The position numbers and the translations under genes are program-made. From assembly GCA_963829055.1 (NCBI GenBank), contig CAWHHI010000003.1:518540-582539 (forward strand): a DNA stretch of 64,000 nt, read 5' to 3'. Positions 52,067-62,038 of the stretch are shown here, one piece after another. The notes under the pieces were generated by a model that was not told the DNA's origin, did no database searches, and saw only the letters and a program-made list of their open reading frames with translations. The number at the start of each line of letters is the position of its first letter. The stretch's first letter is position 1. Source of the stretch: an uncultured Gemmatimonadaceae bacterium (lineage in GTDB: Bacteria; Gemmatimonadota; Gemmatimonadetes; Gemmatimonadales; Gemmatimonadaceae).

Positions 52067-55000
52067 ATGTCGCGCGCCGTATATGCCCTCCTGGTCGGGA
52101 TCGACGAGTACACCTCGCCAGTGCCGCCTCTCAAGGGCTGCGTCAACGACATCACAGCGGCGGAGCTGTACCTCCGCGATCGCTACTCCGGTCAGGCAAA
52201 CGCGCTCGACATCGTTTCGCTGACCAATGCTTCCGCTACTCGTGATGCGGTCATCGACGCCTTTCGCCGCCAGCTAGGCCGAGCCGGAGCCGACGACACC
52301 GCTCTGTTTTACTTCAGCGGACACGGGTCGCAGCAACCCTGCGCACCAGAACTGCTCTACCTCGAGCCGGACGGAATGGACGAGACGCTCGTCTGCTACG
52401 ACAGCCGTATTCCGGATCAATACGACCTCGCTGACAAAGAGCTCGCGGGGCTGATCCACGAGGTTGCCGCACGCGGCGCGCACGTCGTCGTGATACTCGA
52501 TTGCTGCCACTCAGGGAGTGGTACGCGCGCGCTCGAGACGGCAGTGCGACGCGCGCCGACGGACGATCGTCCGCGTCCGCTCGACAGCTACATAGTCGAT
52601 CCGCGACGACCGGTCAGCACGACCAGGCGTGACGCACCCAGCAGCACGAGCGGCTGGGCTCAGCTGCCGGAAGGCAAACACATTCTGCTTGCCGCGTGTC
52701 GTGCCGACGAGCGCGCCCAGGAGATCCCGTTAGGCGGCAGCCGACGAGGCGTTTTCTCCTACTATCTGCTCGACGCGCTCGCGCGGGCGCGCGGCGCGCA
52801 GACGTACGGGTCGATCTTCCGACGGGTCAAGGCGCTCGTGGAGCAGAAGGTGTCGTCACAGTCGCCCGAGATCGAATGGAGCGACGCCGACGAGCTGAAT
52901 CAGCCGTTCCTCGGCGGCACGGCCGTCGCGGAGGAGCCGTACTTCGTGCTGCGATATGACCCCGAGCTCGGATGGGCGATCGATGGCGGTGCGGTGCACG
53001 GGATCCAGCCGGCCGACGGCGATGAGACGACCACGCTGGCGATCCATCCGTTCGACATGCGAATGGACGCGAGGCGTGACACGAAGCCGTTGGCGACCGC
53101 ACGCGTGTTCGAAGTCCAGCCGCACGTGAGTCGCGTAGACATCGACGTAGCCGACGTTGAGCTCGACGAGACGCAGACGTACGTGGCGGTCGTCATCGGC
53201 GTGCCGCTACCGCTCCTGGGTGTTGTCATCGACGGCGATGACGCAGGCGTACACGCCGCGCGTCAGGCATTGGCGACCGCGGGGCCCGACGGCGGGGCTT
53301 CGATCTATGTACGCCTCGCCTCGGATGCCGCGACCGCCGAGCTCCGGATTCACGCAGAAGCCGAGCGCTACACGATCATGCGCGCAACCGGTGATCGTCG
53401 TCTCGTCGGCGACGTTTCGGGCTACGACGCGGATGTTGCGTTGCGCGCGATCCGGCGAGTCGAGCACATCGCGCGGTGGACGACAATTGCGCGGTTGTCC
53501 AATTCTGGCAGTGGTATTGCGCCTGACGCGATACAGCTCGAGGTGCATCGCGTCGTCGGGACGGCCGTGAAGCGGTCCTCGGTCGATGTGCCAACGGAGC
53601 TGGTGCCGAGTGGCCGTGAATTGCGCTTCGAGTACGAGTACCGGGGCGGCAGGTGGCAACCACCATCGTTCAAGATCAAGCTGCGCAACGATGGCGATCA
53701 GCCTTTATGGTGTGCGCTGCTGACGCTCTCCGAGTCGTTCGAGGTAAACGCGAAGGGTCTGCTTTCGGCGGGCAGGGTACGGCTCGAGCCAGGGCAGGAG
53801 GTGTGGGCCAAGCAGGGACAGCCCATCAGCACCGGCGTTCCAGAACCACTCTGGCGCGCGGGAGTCACAGAGCGGCGCGACGTCGTCAAGCTCATTGCGA
53901 GCAATCGCGACTTCAACCCGTCGCTGTTGGAGCAGGAGAAGCTCGACACGCCGAGAACCGCGGGAGCCAAACGCGCGGTTCCGGGGCGGAGCTCGCTCGA
54001 CAGGCTCATGGCGCGGGCGGACACACGCGAGTTCCTGGACAGTGATTCATCGTTCGCGGACTGGGTGACGTCGGAGCTGTCTATTACGACCGTGCGTCCG
54101 CTCGACAGCGTGGCGCTCGCTGACGGGCGGGCAGTCGAGGTCACCACGGGCGTGACGCTCGAGCCACCAGCCGGGTTTCGGGCACGCGCACGCCTAACGA
54201 GCGTATCCGACGGCGGTCGAGACCTCGGCAACGCGCTCGTGCCGCCCATCCTTCGTGACGCGGCGGTGAGCGAGCCCTTTGGGTTCTCGACTGCGCGTGG
54301 CAGTGACCCGGGTCTCACCGTTCTCGAGCTGATCGACGTCGCCGATCACACGGTGGTGACGCCGGAGGCGCCGTTGACTGTCGTGATCGACGCGGGCAAC
54401 GCGCGTGACCTACCGACGGTGGGCGATGCTAGTGTAGCGCATTTGCTTCCCGTCGCGTTCGATGGCGAGTTCTATCTGCCGCTCGGGCACGCGACGTCTC
54501 GTGACGGGACCGTCAGGGTCACGCTCGACCGGTTGCCGGCGCCGGTCGCGAGCGACCGGAGTCTCTCCGGTTCCATTCGGATCCTGCTGCACAAGGTCGT
54601 GAGCAAGGTGCTCGGGACACCCTACGAGTATCCACTTCTCACGGTGGTCGATATCAACCTCGATGGCACGGTCACGTACGTGAAAGACCCGTCGGCGGTG
54701 CGGGCGCGTGTGACCGACGCCGACCGGGTGCTGCTCTACGTGCACGGGATCATCGGCGACACGCGTGTGATGGCGGCGAGCGCGTACACGCCTAACGCCG
54801 TCGGAATACTCGGCGTGCCACCTCTGGCCGATCGGTACGATCTCGTGCTGGCGTTCGACTACGAGAACGTACAGACATCGATCCAGGACACCGCGCGGAC
54901 GCTGGGCAAGCGGCTGGCGGATGTGGGGCTCGGTGCTGGCCACGGCAAGACGCTCCACGTGATCGCCCACTCGATGGGCGGGCTGGTGTCACGCTGGTTC

Positions 55001-55573
55001 ATCGAGCGGGAGGGCGGTCGAGCGGCGGTCCAGCGGCTGGTCACGGTGGGCACACCTAACGACGGATCGCCGTGGTCAAAGGTGGAGGATGTCGCGACGA
55101 CGCTGCTGTCACTTGCGCTGAATGGCATCGGCGCGTGGCCGGCGACAGTGCTGGGCGCCTTGGTGAGCGGCGTCGAGAGGGTGGATGTGACGCTGGACTC
55201 GATGCAGCCGGGCTCCGAGCTGTTGAAAACGTTGTGGGCGAGCGATGATCCCGGCGTGCCGTATACGCTCATCTCGGGAAATACGACGCTCATTGCGACC
55301 GTCGTGACGGGTGACAATCGAGTGGCGCGGCTGCTGTCACGTGTCCTCTCGCCGTCGGCGCTGCATCGGGTGGCCGGGCTGGCGTTCTTCGGCGAGCCTA
55401 ACGACATTGCCGTTCGCGTCGAGAGCGGGCATCGCGTACCCATGACACGAACCCCTCGCCCTGTGGTGGTCCAAGTCGCGAGCGATCACCTGTCGTACTT
55501 CCGCGATCCGGCAGTGCTTCGCGCGCTCGCCGACGCGCTGCCGCGTGGAGCGACAGCCGAGGCGGTATCGTGA
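52067..55573 (+). CDS. Caspase-like (C14) protease fused to a C-terminal PGAP1/lipase-like alpha/beta hydrolase
   Basis: YALLVGIDEY, LKGCVND, YFSGHG and ILDCCHSG (intact His-Cys dyad). C-terminal VHGIIG, IAHSMGGL, GTPNDGS, NDIAV and DHLSYF. Confidence 0.92.
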   Translation: MSRAVYALLVGIDEYTSPVPPLKGCVNDITAAELYLRDRYSGQANALDIVSLTNASATRDAVIDAFRRQLGRAGADDTALFYFSGHGSQQPCAPELLYLEPDGMDETLVCYDSRIPDQYDLADKELAGLIHEVAARGAHVVVILDCCHSGSGTRALETAVRRAPTDDRPRPLDSYIVDPRRPVSTTRRDAPSSTSGWAQLPEGKHILLAACRADERAQEIPLGGSRRGVFSYYLLDALARARGAQTYGSIFRRVKALVEQKVSSQSPEIEWSDADELNQPFLGGTAVAEEPYFVLRYDPELGWAIDGGAVHGIQPADGDETTTLAIHPFDMRMDARRDTKPLATARVFEVQPHVSRVDIDVADVELDETQTYVAVVIGVPLPLLGVVIDGDDAGVHAARQALATAGPDGGASIYVRLASDAATAELRIHAEAERYTIMRATGDRRLVGDVSGYDADVALRAIRRVEHIARWTTIARLSNSGSGIAPDAIQLEVHRVVGTAVKRSSVDVPTELVPSGRELRFEYEYRGGRWQPPSFKIKLRNDGDQPLWCALLTLSESFEVNAKGLLSAGRVRLEPGQEVWAKQGQPISTGVPEPLWRAGVTERRDVVKLIASNRDFNPSLLEQEKLDTPRTAGAKRAVPGRSSLDRLMARADTREFLDSDSSFADWVTSELSITTVRPLDSVALADGRAVEVTTGVTLEPPAGFRARARLTSVSDGGRDLGNALVPPILRDAAVSEPFGFSTARGSDPGLTVLELIDVADHTVVTPEAPLTVVIDAGNARDLPTVGDASVAHLLPVAFDGEFYLPLGHATSRDGTVRVTLDRLPAPVASDRSLSGSIRILLHKVVSKVLGTPYEYPLLTVVDINLDGTVTYVKDPSAVRARVTDADRVLLYVHGIIGDTRVMAASAYTPNAVGILGVPPLADRYDLVLAFDYENVQTSIQDTARTLGKRLADVGLGAGHGKTLHVIAHSMGGLVSRWFIEREGGRAAVQRLVTVGTPNDGSPWSKVEDVATTLLSLALNGIGAWPATVLGALVSGVERVDVTLDSMQPGSELLKTLWASDDPGVPYTLISGNTTLIATVVTGDNRVARLLSRVLSPSALHRVAGLAFFGEPNDIAVRVESGHRVPMTRTPRPVVVQVASDHLSYFRDPAVLRALADALPRGATAEAVS

Positions 55574-58500
55574 CGTTAGCGCCGTCGACAGCGAGTCCGG
55601 GGCTGTGGGTGAATCCGGCGTGGAAGTCAGGCACGCCGGGAACGTTCGCCGTTGTCGTCGGTGCGAGCCGTTACGAGCACCTCGCCGGTGGTCACGGGGC
55701 GCTGGCGACGGACAACTTCGGGCTCACGCAGCTCAGCGCATCGGCGTTGAGTGCGTACCGCTTCTTCGAGTGGTTGCGGGGCGATTACGCAAATGCGGCA
55801 AGTCCGATCGCCATGTGCTGGCTACTGCTCTCGCCGTCGGATGCGGAGCGGTCGGTCGAGCCCGGAATCGCGGAGAATGTGGCTGCGCCGACGTTGCCTA
55901 ACCTGCAGCGCGCGGTAGGCGAGTGGTTCACGGCGATGAAGCAGCTTCCCTCGAGCGCCGCGAAGGACAGTCGAAGCATTCTTCTGGTTCAGCGGTCACG
56001 GATTCGATGTCGGCAGTGAGCACCTGCTGTTGCCTTCGGACTATCTCGAGCCGCCGCTGTCGATGCCGGATCGTGCGGTGTCGGCTCGACGTCTCGTTGC
56101 CGCGATGGAAGCGCTCGAGACGCGAGATCAGCTGTTCTTCCTCGACACCGGGCGCGAGCAGCTGCAGCAACTCCAGACGTTCGGCATTACGGGGATGCCG
56201 CTCCTGCCGGTGCCGATCGCTCGCACTGGCCCGGTCGATCGGATGTCGGTGACCCTCGGCGCCAGCATGCCGTCGGGGCGAGCGTTTCAGCCCGGCAATC
56301 CGAAGGACGGAATTTCGTTCTTTGCGCAGGCGGTGATCGAGGGGCTCAGGGGGGAAGGTGGGCTCAAGCCCGACTGCAGCGTGTCGCCGTGTGTGGTGAG
56401 GTTGTTTCCGTTCGTGAGCTTCGTGCAGAGTCGCGTGCAGCAGGTGCTGAGCGAGTACAACGTGACCGGCCAGGCCGTGAGGCTGCAGCTCGAGGGGTCG
56501 TCGCACGACGTCGTGCTCACCCAGGTTCCTGCGCCTGTCGCGCAGACGGCGCAAGCCCAAACGAGCGCTAACGAAGCTTCGCTGGAGACTCAGACCGTAT
56601 TGGCGGCCACACCCACGGTGGACGCCGCGCCGACGTATATGGTGGCAGCCACCGCGGCCATCGTGACGCAGGGCGCGACGGGCACCAGCACGATCACCAT
56701 CACGCGAACCGCCGGCTTCGCCGGCAACGTGGCGTTAGCCGCCGAGGGGTTGCCGACGGGCGTCACGGCCGCATTTACGCCTAACAACACGAACACGAAC
56801 GGATCGGTGCTGACGTTGACGGCTGCCGCGAATGCCGCCGTTGGCACGTCGACCATCACCGTGCGCGGCACCGCGACCGGGCAGACGGACAAGACGACGA
56901 CCGTCCAGCTCACCGTGAGCGCCGCCGGTGGCGGGGCGAGCTTCTCGGTCGCAGCCGGTGAAGCGAAACTTGACAATGCCTATGCGCTACTGATCGGTGT
57001 CGGCGGCGCGTCGGAGAAGGACACGGCGCTCATTCGGGACGTTCTCGTCGACCAACGATACGGCGGCTACGGCGAAAATCGCGTTAGGCGTATAGTCGGC
57101 TCCGAGGCCAACCGGGAAGGGATTGTCGCGGCGCTTCAGGAGCTCGCGTGGATCACCGCGCCTGGTGAGCGCATCCTTATCTACTGCTCGAACCCGGGCA
57201 CGCAAGTTCCGGCGTCAAAGGGCCCCAATGCGCTCGAGAGCGCGATCGTTCCCGCGGACTACGAGGAGGGGGGATTCGTCCCTGCGTCGGAGCTCGAGCG
57301 CCTGCTCGACGCGTTGAGTGGCAGGAGTGTTCTCTTCCTCGCCGACTACGCCCACGCAGCGCGCGGCCTCCGCATGGGCGCAGGCCACGTCGCGATTGCG
57401 GTCGGCGCGGAGGGGATGGCGCTCGAAGACTCGAACGCGACAGCCGACACGGCAAGCGGCCGATATGCGCGACAGCTCACCACGGGGCTGCGGGGCGGGG
57501 CTGCGGGGTTGGATGGAACGATCAGCAGTCTGGATCTGTTCGAGTACATGTCCACGAGGCTGTGGAACGATGAGGATCGGGTGGTTCTGGTCGGGGATAC
57601 GGCGGCCGATTTTGTGATAGCGTCGGGATCGTCGCCCGACTCGCCTGCTGCGCCGGCGTACGACGATGACTTCCAATACGACGTCTATGTGAGCGCGGCG
57701 GACCGCAATGCCACGACGCTCCACAGTCGCGTGCTCCCGCGGCTGATCCAGGCTGGCCTTCGGATCGCGATACTCCCGGCGATCGACACCAAACGCGGCG
57801 ATACCGATCAGCGGGCCGGCGTACGCCATGTCGCGACCGCGGAACGTGGCATTGCGCGGTCGCGTCGGACGCTCGCGCTGTTATCGGAAGTGTACGTGCG
57901 CACCGTTGCGCGTACACTGGGGAGCGTGTTCGACCGTGCGTTAGGCGCCGGGGAGGGCCGAGACCGTCTGTTGGGTGCTCGATTAGGCCGGTGGGCAACG
58001 GCACGCGCACTCGCCGACATGCGGCTACCGTCAGTGCTCGGCGATCCAGCCCAGTGGGTCTCGGTCAAGAACGCGCTGGATCTGCTCGTCGGCGACACGA
58101 CAAACGAGCCGGACGCCGACGATCGAACCGACGCCGAACCCTCGACGGACACGGAGCCCGGCTCGTACGCGCTCGTCATCGGCATCGATACGTATCAGAA
58201 ATCGATGGCTCTCCGTGGGTGTGCACAGGACGCAAAACTCATTGCCGAATTACTCTCGAATGGTGGCCCAGGATCGTCCGCGTACGACGTGCGGCTGCTC
58301 ACCGACGGTGATGCGACGCGCGAGGGAATCCTCTCCGCACTGCACGAGGTCGCGGAAAAAGCGACGAGCGACAGCACCGTTCTGATCTTTTTCGCCGGGC
58401 ATGGTGCGGACGCGGGCGACGCCGGCGCCTCGGCGATCGAGCCGACTGAAAGTGCGCTCGTCGCGGTCGACTACACCGAAGCGGATCCACGGCTGGTGAC

Positions 58501-60871
58501 GACGGCGGATCTCGAGGCGGTTCTGGCAGACATGTCTGCACGGCACATCGTAGCCCTGGCCGACGCGAGCTATGCCAATCGCATCATGCGCGGCGGGACG
58601 GGCCGAGTGCTCGTGTCCGCCGGGCGTGAAGGCGAAGTGGCGTACGAGAGTCGTGACCGCGATGCCTCAGGGGTCGGCGAGTTTTCGAGTGCCGTCATCG
58701 ACGGGATCCGTGGGGGCGCATCATCGGCCGATGGGCTCGTGCGCGTGCTCGACCTGTACGAGTTCGTCCACCGGCGTGTCGTGGCGAAGGGTCTACAGCA
58801 CCCGTACGTTGGCGGCGACCTGTCGACAAACGTAGCGGTTGCCGTGTCGCCTAACGAGATGCCGCGTGATCCGGCGGCGGGTGCGGACGGTTATCGCTAC
58901 GATGCGTACCTGAGCTTCGTGGGTGACGACGCGTCACTCGTGTGGAACGAGCTCGCGCCGCGTCTCGCCACCCTCGGGCTACGAATCGCGGTGTCGCACG
59001 ACCTCGAGGACGCGCGGTTCTACCGTGTCGCGACACCCGAGCGCGGTATCACCCAGGCGCGGCGCTCCATCGTCGTCGTGTCGGCAAAGTCGTTGGCGGA
59101 GTCGACGGCGGAGTTCGAGCGGTTGGCGGTGGCGACCATCGGGCTCGACGGAGCGGCCGCACGCACGCTCCGCATCACCACGAGCGACGATCTCGCACAG
59201 CAGATTCGCATCGAGCCACCGGTTCGCGAGTGGCTGCGGCAGGCGCCCGGATGGACGTTAGGCGCGTTGCTCGAGCGCGATGAGCAACTCACCGACCTGG
59301 TCGATCGACTGCGGGCCCCGATCGAACCGGCGGCCGCACCCGCGACGATCTTCATCAGCTACAGTCGACACGATAAAACGGCGGCGGACCGGCTTGCTGC
59401 GGCGCTACGCGGCGTCGGGTACAACGTGTGGCTCGATCAGGAGCTCAACGCGGGAGAGACGTTCCAGGCGACGCTCGAGCGAATGATCGCGGAGTGCACG
59501 ATCTTCATCCCGATCCTGTCGATAACGAGCCTCGGCCGCCAAACCGGGTATTACCTCGCCGAGTGGAATCTGGCACTCGAGCGGGGACGTCGGTCTCCGG
59601 AGTCGCGGTTCATCATTCCCGTCGCAATCGATGACGTCACCCCGACGTCGTTCTCTGAGGCGGTGCCACGCGAGCTAGCCGCGATTCAGTGGAGTCGATT
59701 GCCGAACGGGGAGGCGTCGTCGCGTTGGCTCGCGATGATCGCCGAACTCGTTCAGCGTACCAGGGCGCCGGCGGATACACCGTCCGAATCCGGTGACGCA
59801 AGCGCCCACACGATACCGCGCGAATTGCTCCCCAGGCTGTCATCCTCGTCGCGGCGAGCGCTGCTGAGCGCGGAGGGATACCGGCGTGCCGGCAACGCGG
59901 CGGTCGTGGACACGGGGCACCTGCTTGGCGGGTTATACGAGAAGCCGGAAGGCTGGGCTCATGCGGTGATGCAAGCCGCAGATTTCGACGGATCGTGGGC
60001 AGGGCTGTTCACCGTGGGTCTCGGGGAGGGTCTCCACTCGTCGGGAGCGGCGCGCGCACCATCGAGTGCGCTCGAGACCATGCGGATCTCGCGGGCGGTA
60101 CTGGCTGCATTGACCGAAGCGGGACGACTCGCCGACGAGAATCGTGCAACGACGATACAGGCCCGATATCTGCTGGCCGGCCTACTCGGCGTATCTAACG
60201 AGCCGGCCGCGGTGTGGATGGCGGACCGTGTCGAGCTCGATGTCGAGGCGTTGCGGCGTCTCATTCTCGCGGCCGTCGAGGGGTCACCACCGCTGGACGA
60301 CGTGCGGCGTCTTCGGCGTCGAGGCGCGCGGCTGGTGCTCGCGCCGGACCAGGCGCGGGCAGGGGCGCCAGTCTACGCGGCCGCGTTCAGCCCCAATGGC
60401 GCGTCGCTCGCAACCGCGCACTATGACGGCGGCGTTAGGCTCTGGAATCCAGCCGACGGGACACTCATGCGACTGCTCGGGGCGACAGGAGAGGAAGGGC
60501 ACGGCTGGGTCAACTGCCTCGCCTGGTCGCCTAACGGCGACGCCCTCGTGTGGGGGACGCAGGACGGCTCGATTCTCTTCTGGGACGCACGCACCGATGC
60601 GGTGGGGACGATTCCCGGTGTGCACGATGGGCAGGTCGTGTCCATTCGGGTGAGCCCCGACGGGCGGCTGCTCGTCTCGACGGGAGGAGACAGCTCCGTG
60701 CAGATCCGCGACTGGACCGACAGAGAAATGTTGGGTCACGGGGCAGGAGTGTATCCCGTCCAGCGCGGGATCTCCGGGATCGAATTCAATGTCGATCGCG
60801 GTCTGGTCTTCGTCGCGTCGCCGGACGGAAGCGTGACGCGATTGCCACCGTCGGCGCCGGGGTGGGCGTGA
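55570..60871 (+). CDS. Multidomain protein part 1: pseudo-caspase / Ig repeat / pseudo-caspase / TIR / pseudo-caspase / TIR / TIR / Clp-N / WD40 (+1 frameshift at ~55981)
   Basis: GTGA-coupled start. TFAVVVGASRY, then after the shift FWFSGHG...LLLPSDY...FFLDTGR; AYALLIGV; YDVYVS; YALVIGID...FAGHG...ADAS; YDAYLS; IFISYSRHD...YYLAEW; TGHLLGGL and ARYLLAGL; AFSPNG..LATA..DG.VRLW. Confidence 0.85.
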
Positions 60872-62013
60872 GCTCGGCACCGACGAATTCTGCGCCGGGC
60901 GTGGCCATGCGAGCGGCGAAGACGAGCGATGGCAGCCGAATGGTCATCGCCGGGCCAGGGGAGGCGATCAGCGTCGTTGCCCTGGAGACCGGCCGGCCGA
61001 TCGCCACGTTCGAGGGGGGCCACGCCACCGACGTCCTCGCCGTCGCGGTCACCCCGGACGATCGGCTTGTCGTCTCCGCATCGGAGGGGGGTACGATCCG
61101 CGTGTGGGAGCTCGACGGCGGACGCCTAACGCGCACGACCGAGCCTCGCGCGGGACCGCTCTGGACACTTCGTCTGGTCGAAGATGGTGACATTGCCATC
61201 GTCGGTGCGAGCGACGGGGCGCTCGTCGTCGTCGACATCACGGTCGGTCGAGTCATCCGCAGCATTCAGGCACACGACGGCGGCGTCAACGCGCTGGCCG
61301 TCTCGCCTGACGGCCGGATGCTCGCGTCCGCCGCAATGGATGGGACGACGCGCATCTGGGATCTCGCGAGTATCGGAGCCGTGCGACCGGAGCCGATCGA
61401 CCGGCGGGTAGCCCTGGCGGCAATCGAGATCGCACGCGGCGACCTGCTCGAGCGGGACGAGGACGCGCTCGTCTACGCCGTTGGCCTCGACCCACAGAAC
61501 GGCGGCATGATCGGCAATCGGCTCGCGCGCATGCTGGAGAGGCCCCAGCGCGAGAACATGGTGCAGCGACCGGCGCTCAGGTCTCGTGAGGCACGCGCGA
61601 TCCGGATGGACTCGGGCGCGCTACGAGCGAAATACGTCATTCAGACGGCGACCGAGGAGGAGCGCGGGCATGAGGAGATGCACTCGCGAGAAAGCATCAC
61701 GGACGCCGTCACCTCCGCGTTGGAGGTCGCCGAGTCGTTAGGCAATGTGCGGTCGGTGTCGTTGCCGAGTGTTGGGACGGGGGCGGCTGGGTTCGATCCT
61801 GCCACACTCGCCCCGGGCATTCTCGAGGCGATCGTGCGGCACCTGGAGCGTGGCAGCTATCTCGAGCACGTGACGCTCGTGTTCAACAACGAGGCGCACG
61901 AGCGCGCTTACAGCGACGCGCTCGCGTCGTTGCGCGCCGGCATCGAGCGCGACCAGGCGGCAGCGTCGGCCGCGACAGCCTACGTGCTGCAACTCACGCG
62001 GCCACGGAGATGA
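60868..62013 (+). CDS. Multidomain protein part 2: WD40 repeats + macrodomain (separate GTGA-coupled gene or frameshifted continuation)
   Basis: GHATDVLAVAVTPDD and AHDGGVNALAVSPDG..LASAAMDGTTRIWD; IEIARGDLL, GALRAKYVI and SVSLPSVGTGAAGF. Confidence 0.82.
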   Translation: MSSAPTNSAPGVAMRAAKTSDGSRMVIAGPGEAISVVALETGRPIATFEGGHATDVLAVAVTPDDRLVVSASEGGTIRVWELDGGRLTRTTEPRAGPLWTLRLVEDGDIAIVGASDGALVVVDITVGRVIRSIQAHDGGVNALAVSPDGRMLASAAMDGTTRIWDLASIGAVRPEPIDRRVALAAIEIARGDLLERDEDALVYAVGLDPQNGGMIGNRLARMLERPQRENMVQRPALRSREARAIRMDSGALRAKYVIQTATEEERGHEEMHSRESITDAVTSALEVAESLGNVRSVSLPSVGTGAAGFDPATLAPGILEAIVRHLERGSYLEHVTLVFNNEAHERAYSDALASLRAGIERDQAAASAATAYVLQLTRPRR

Positions 62014-62038
62014 ATCGGCTCCGGTAACGGTCGGCGAT

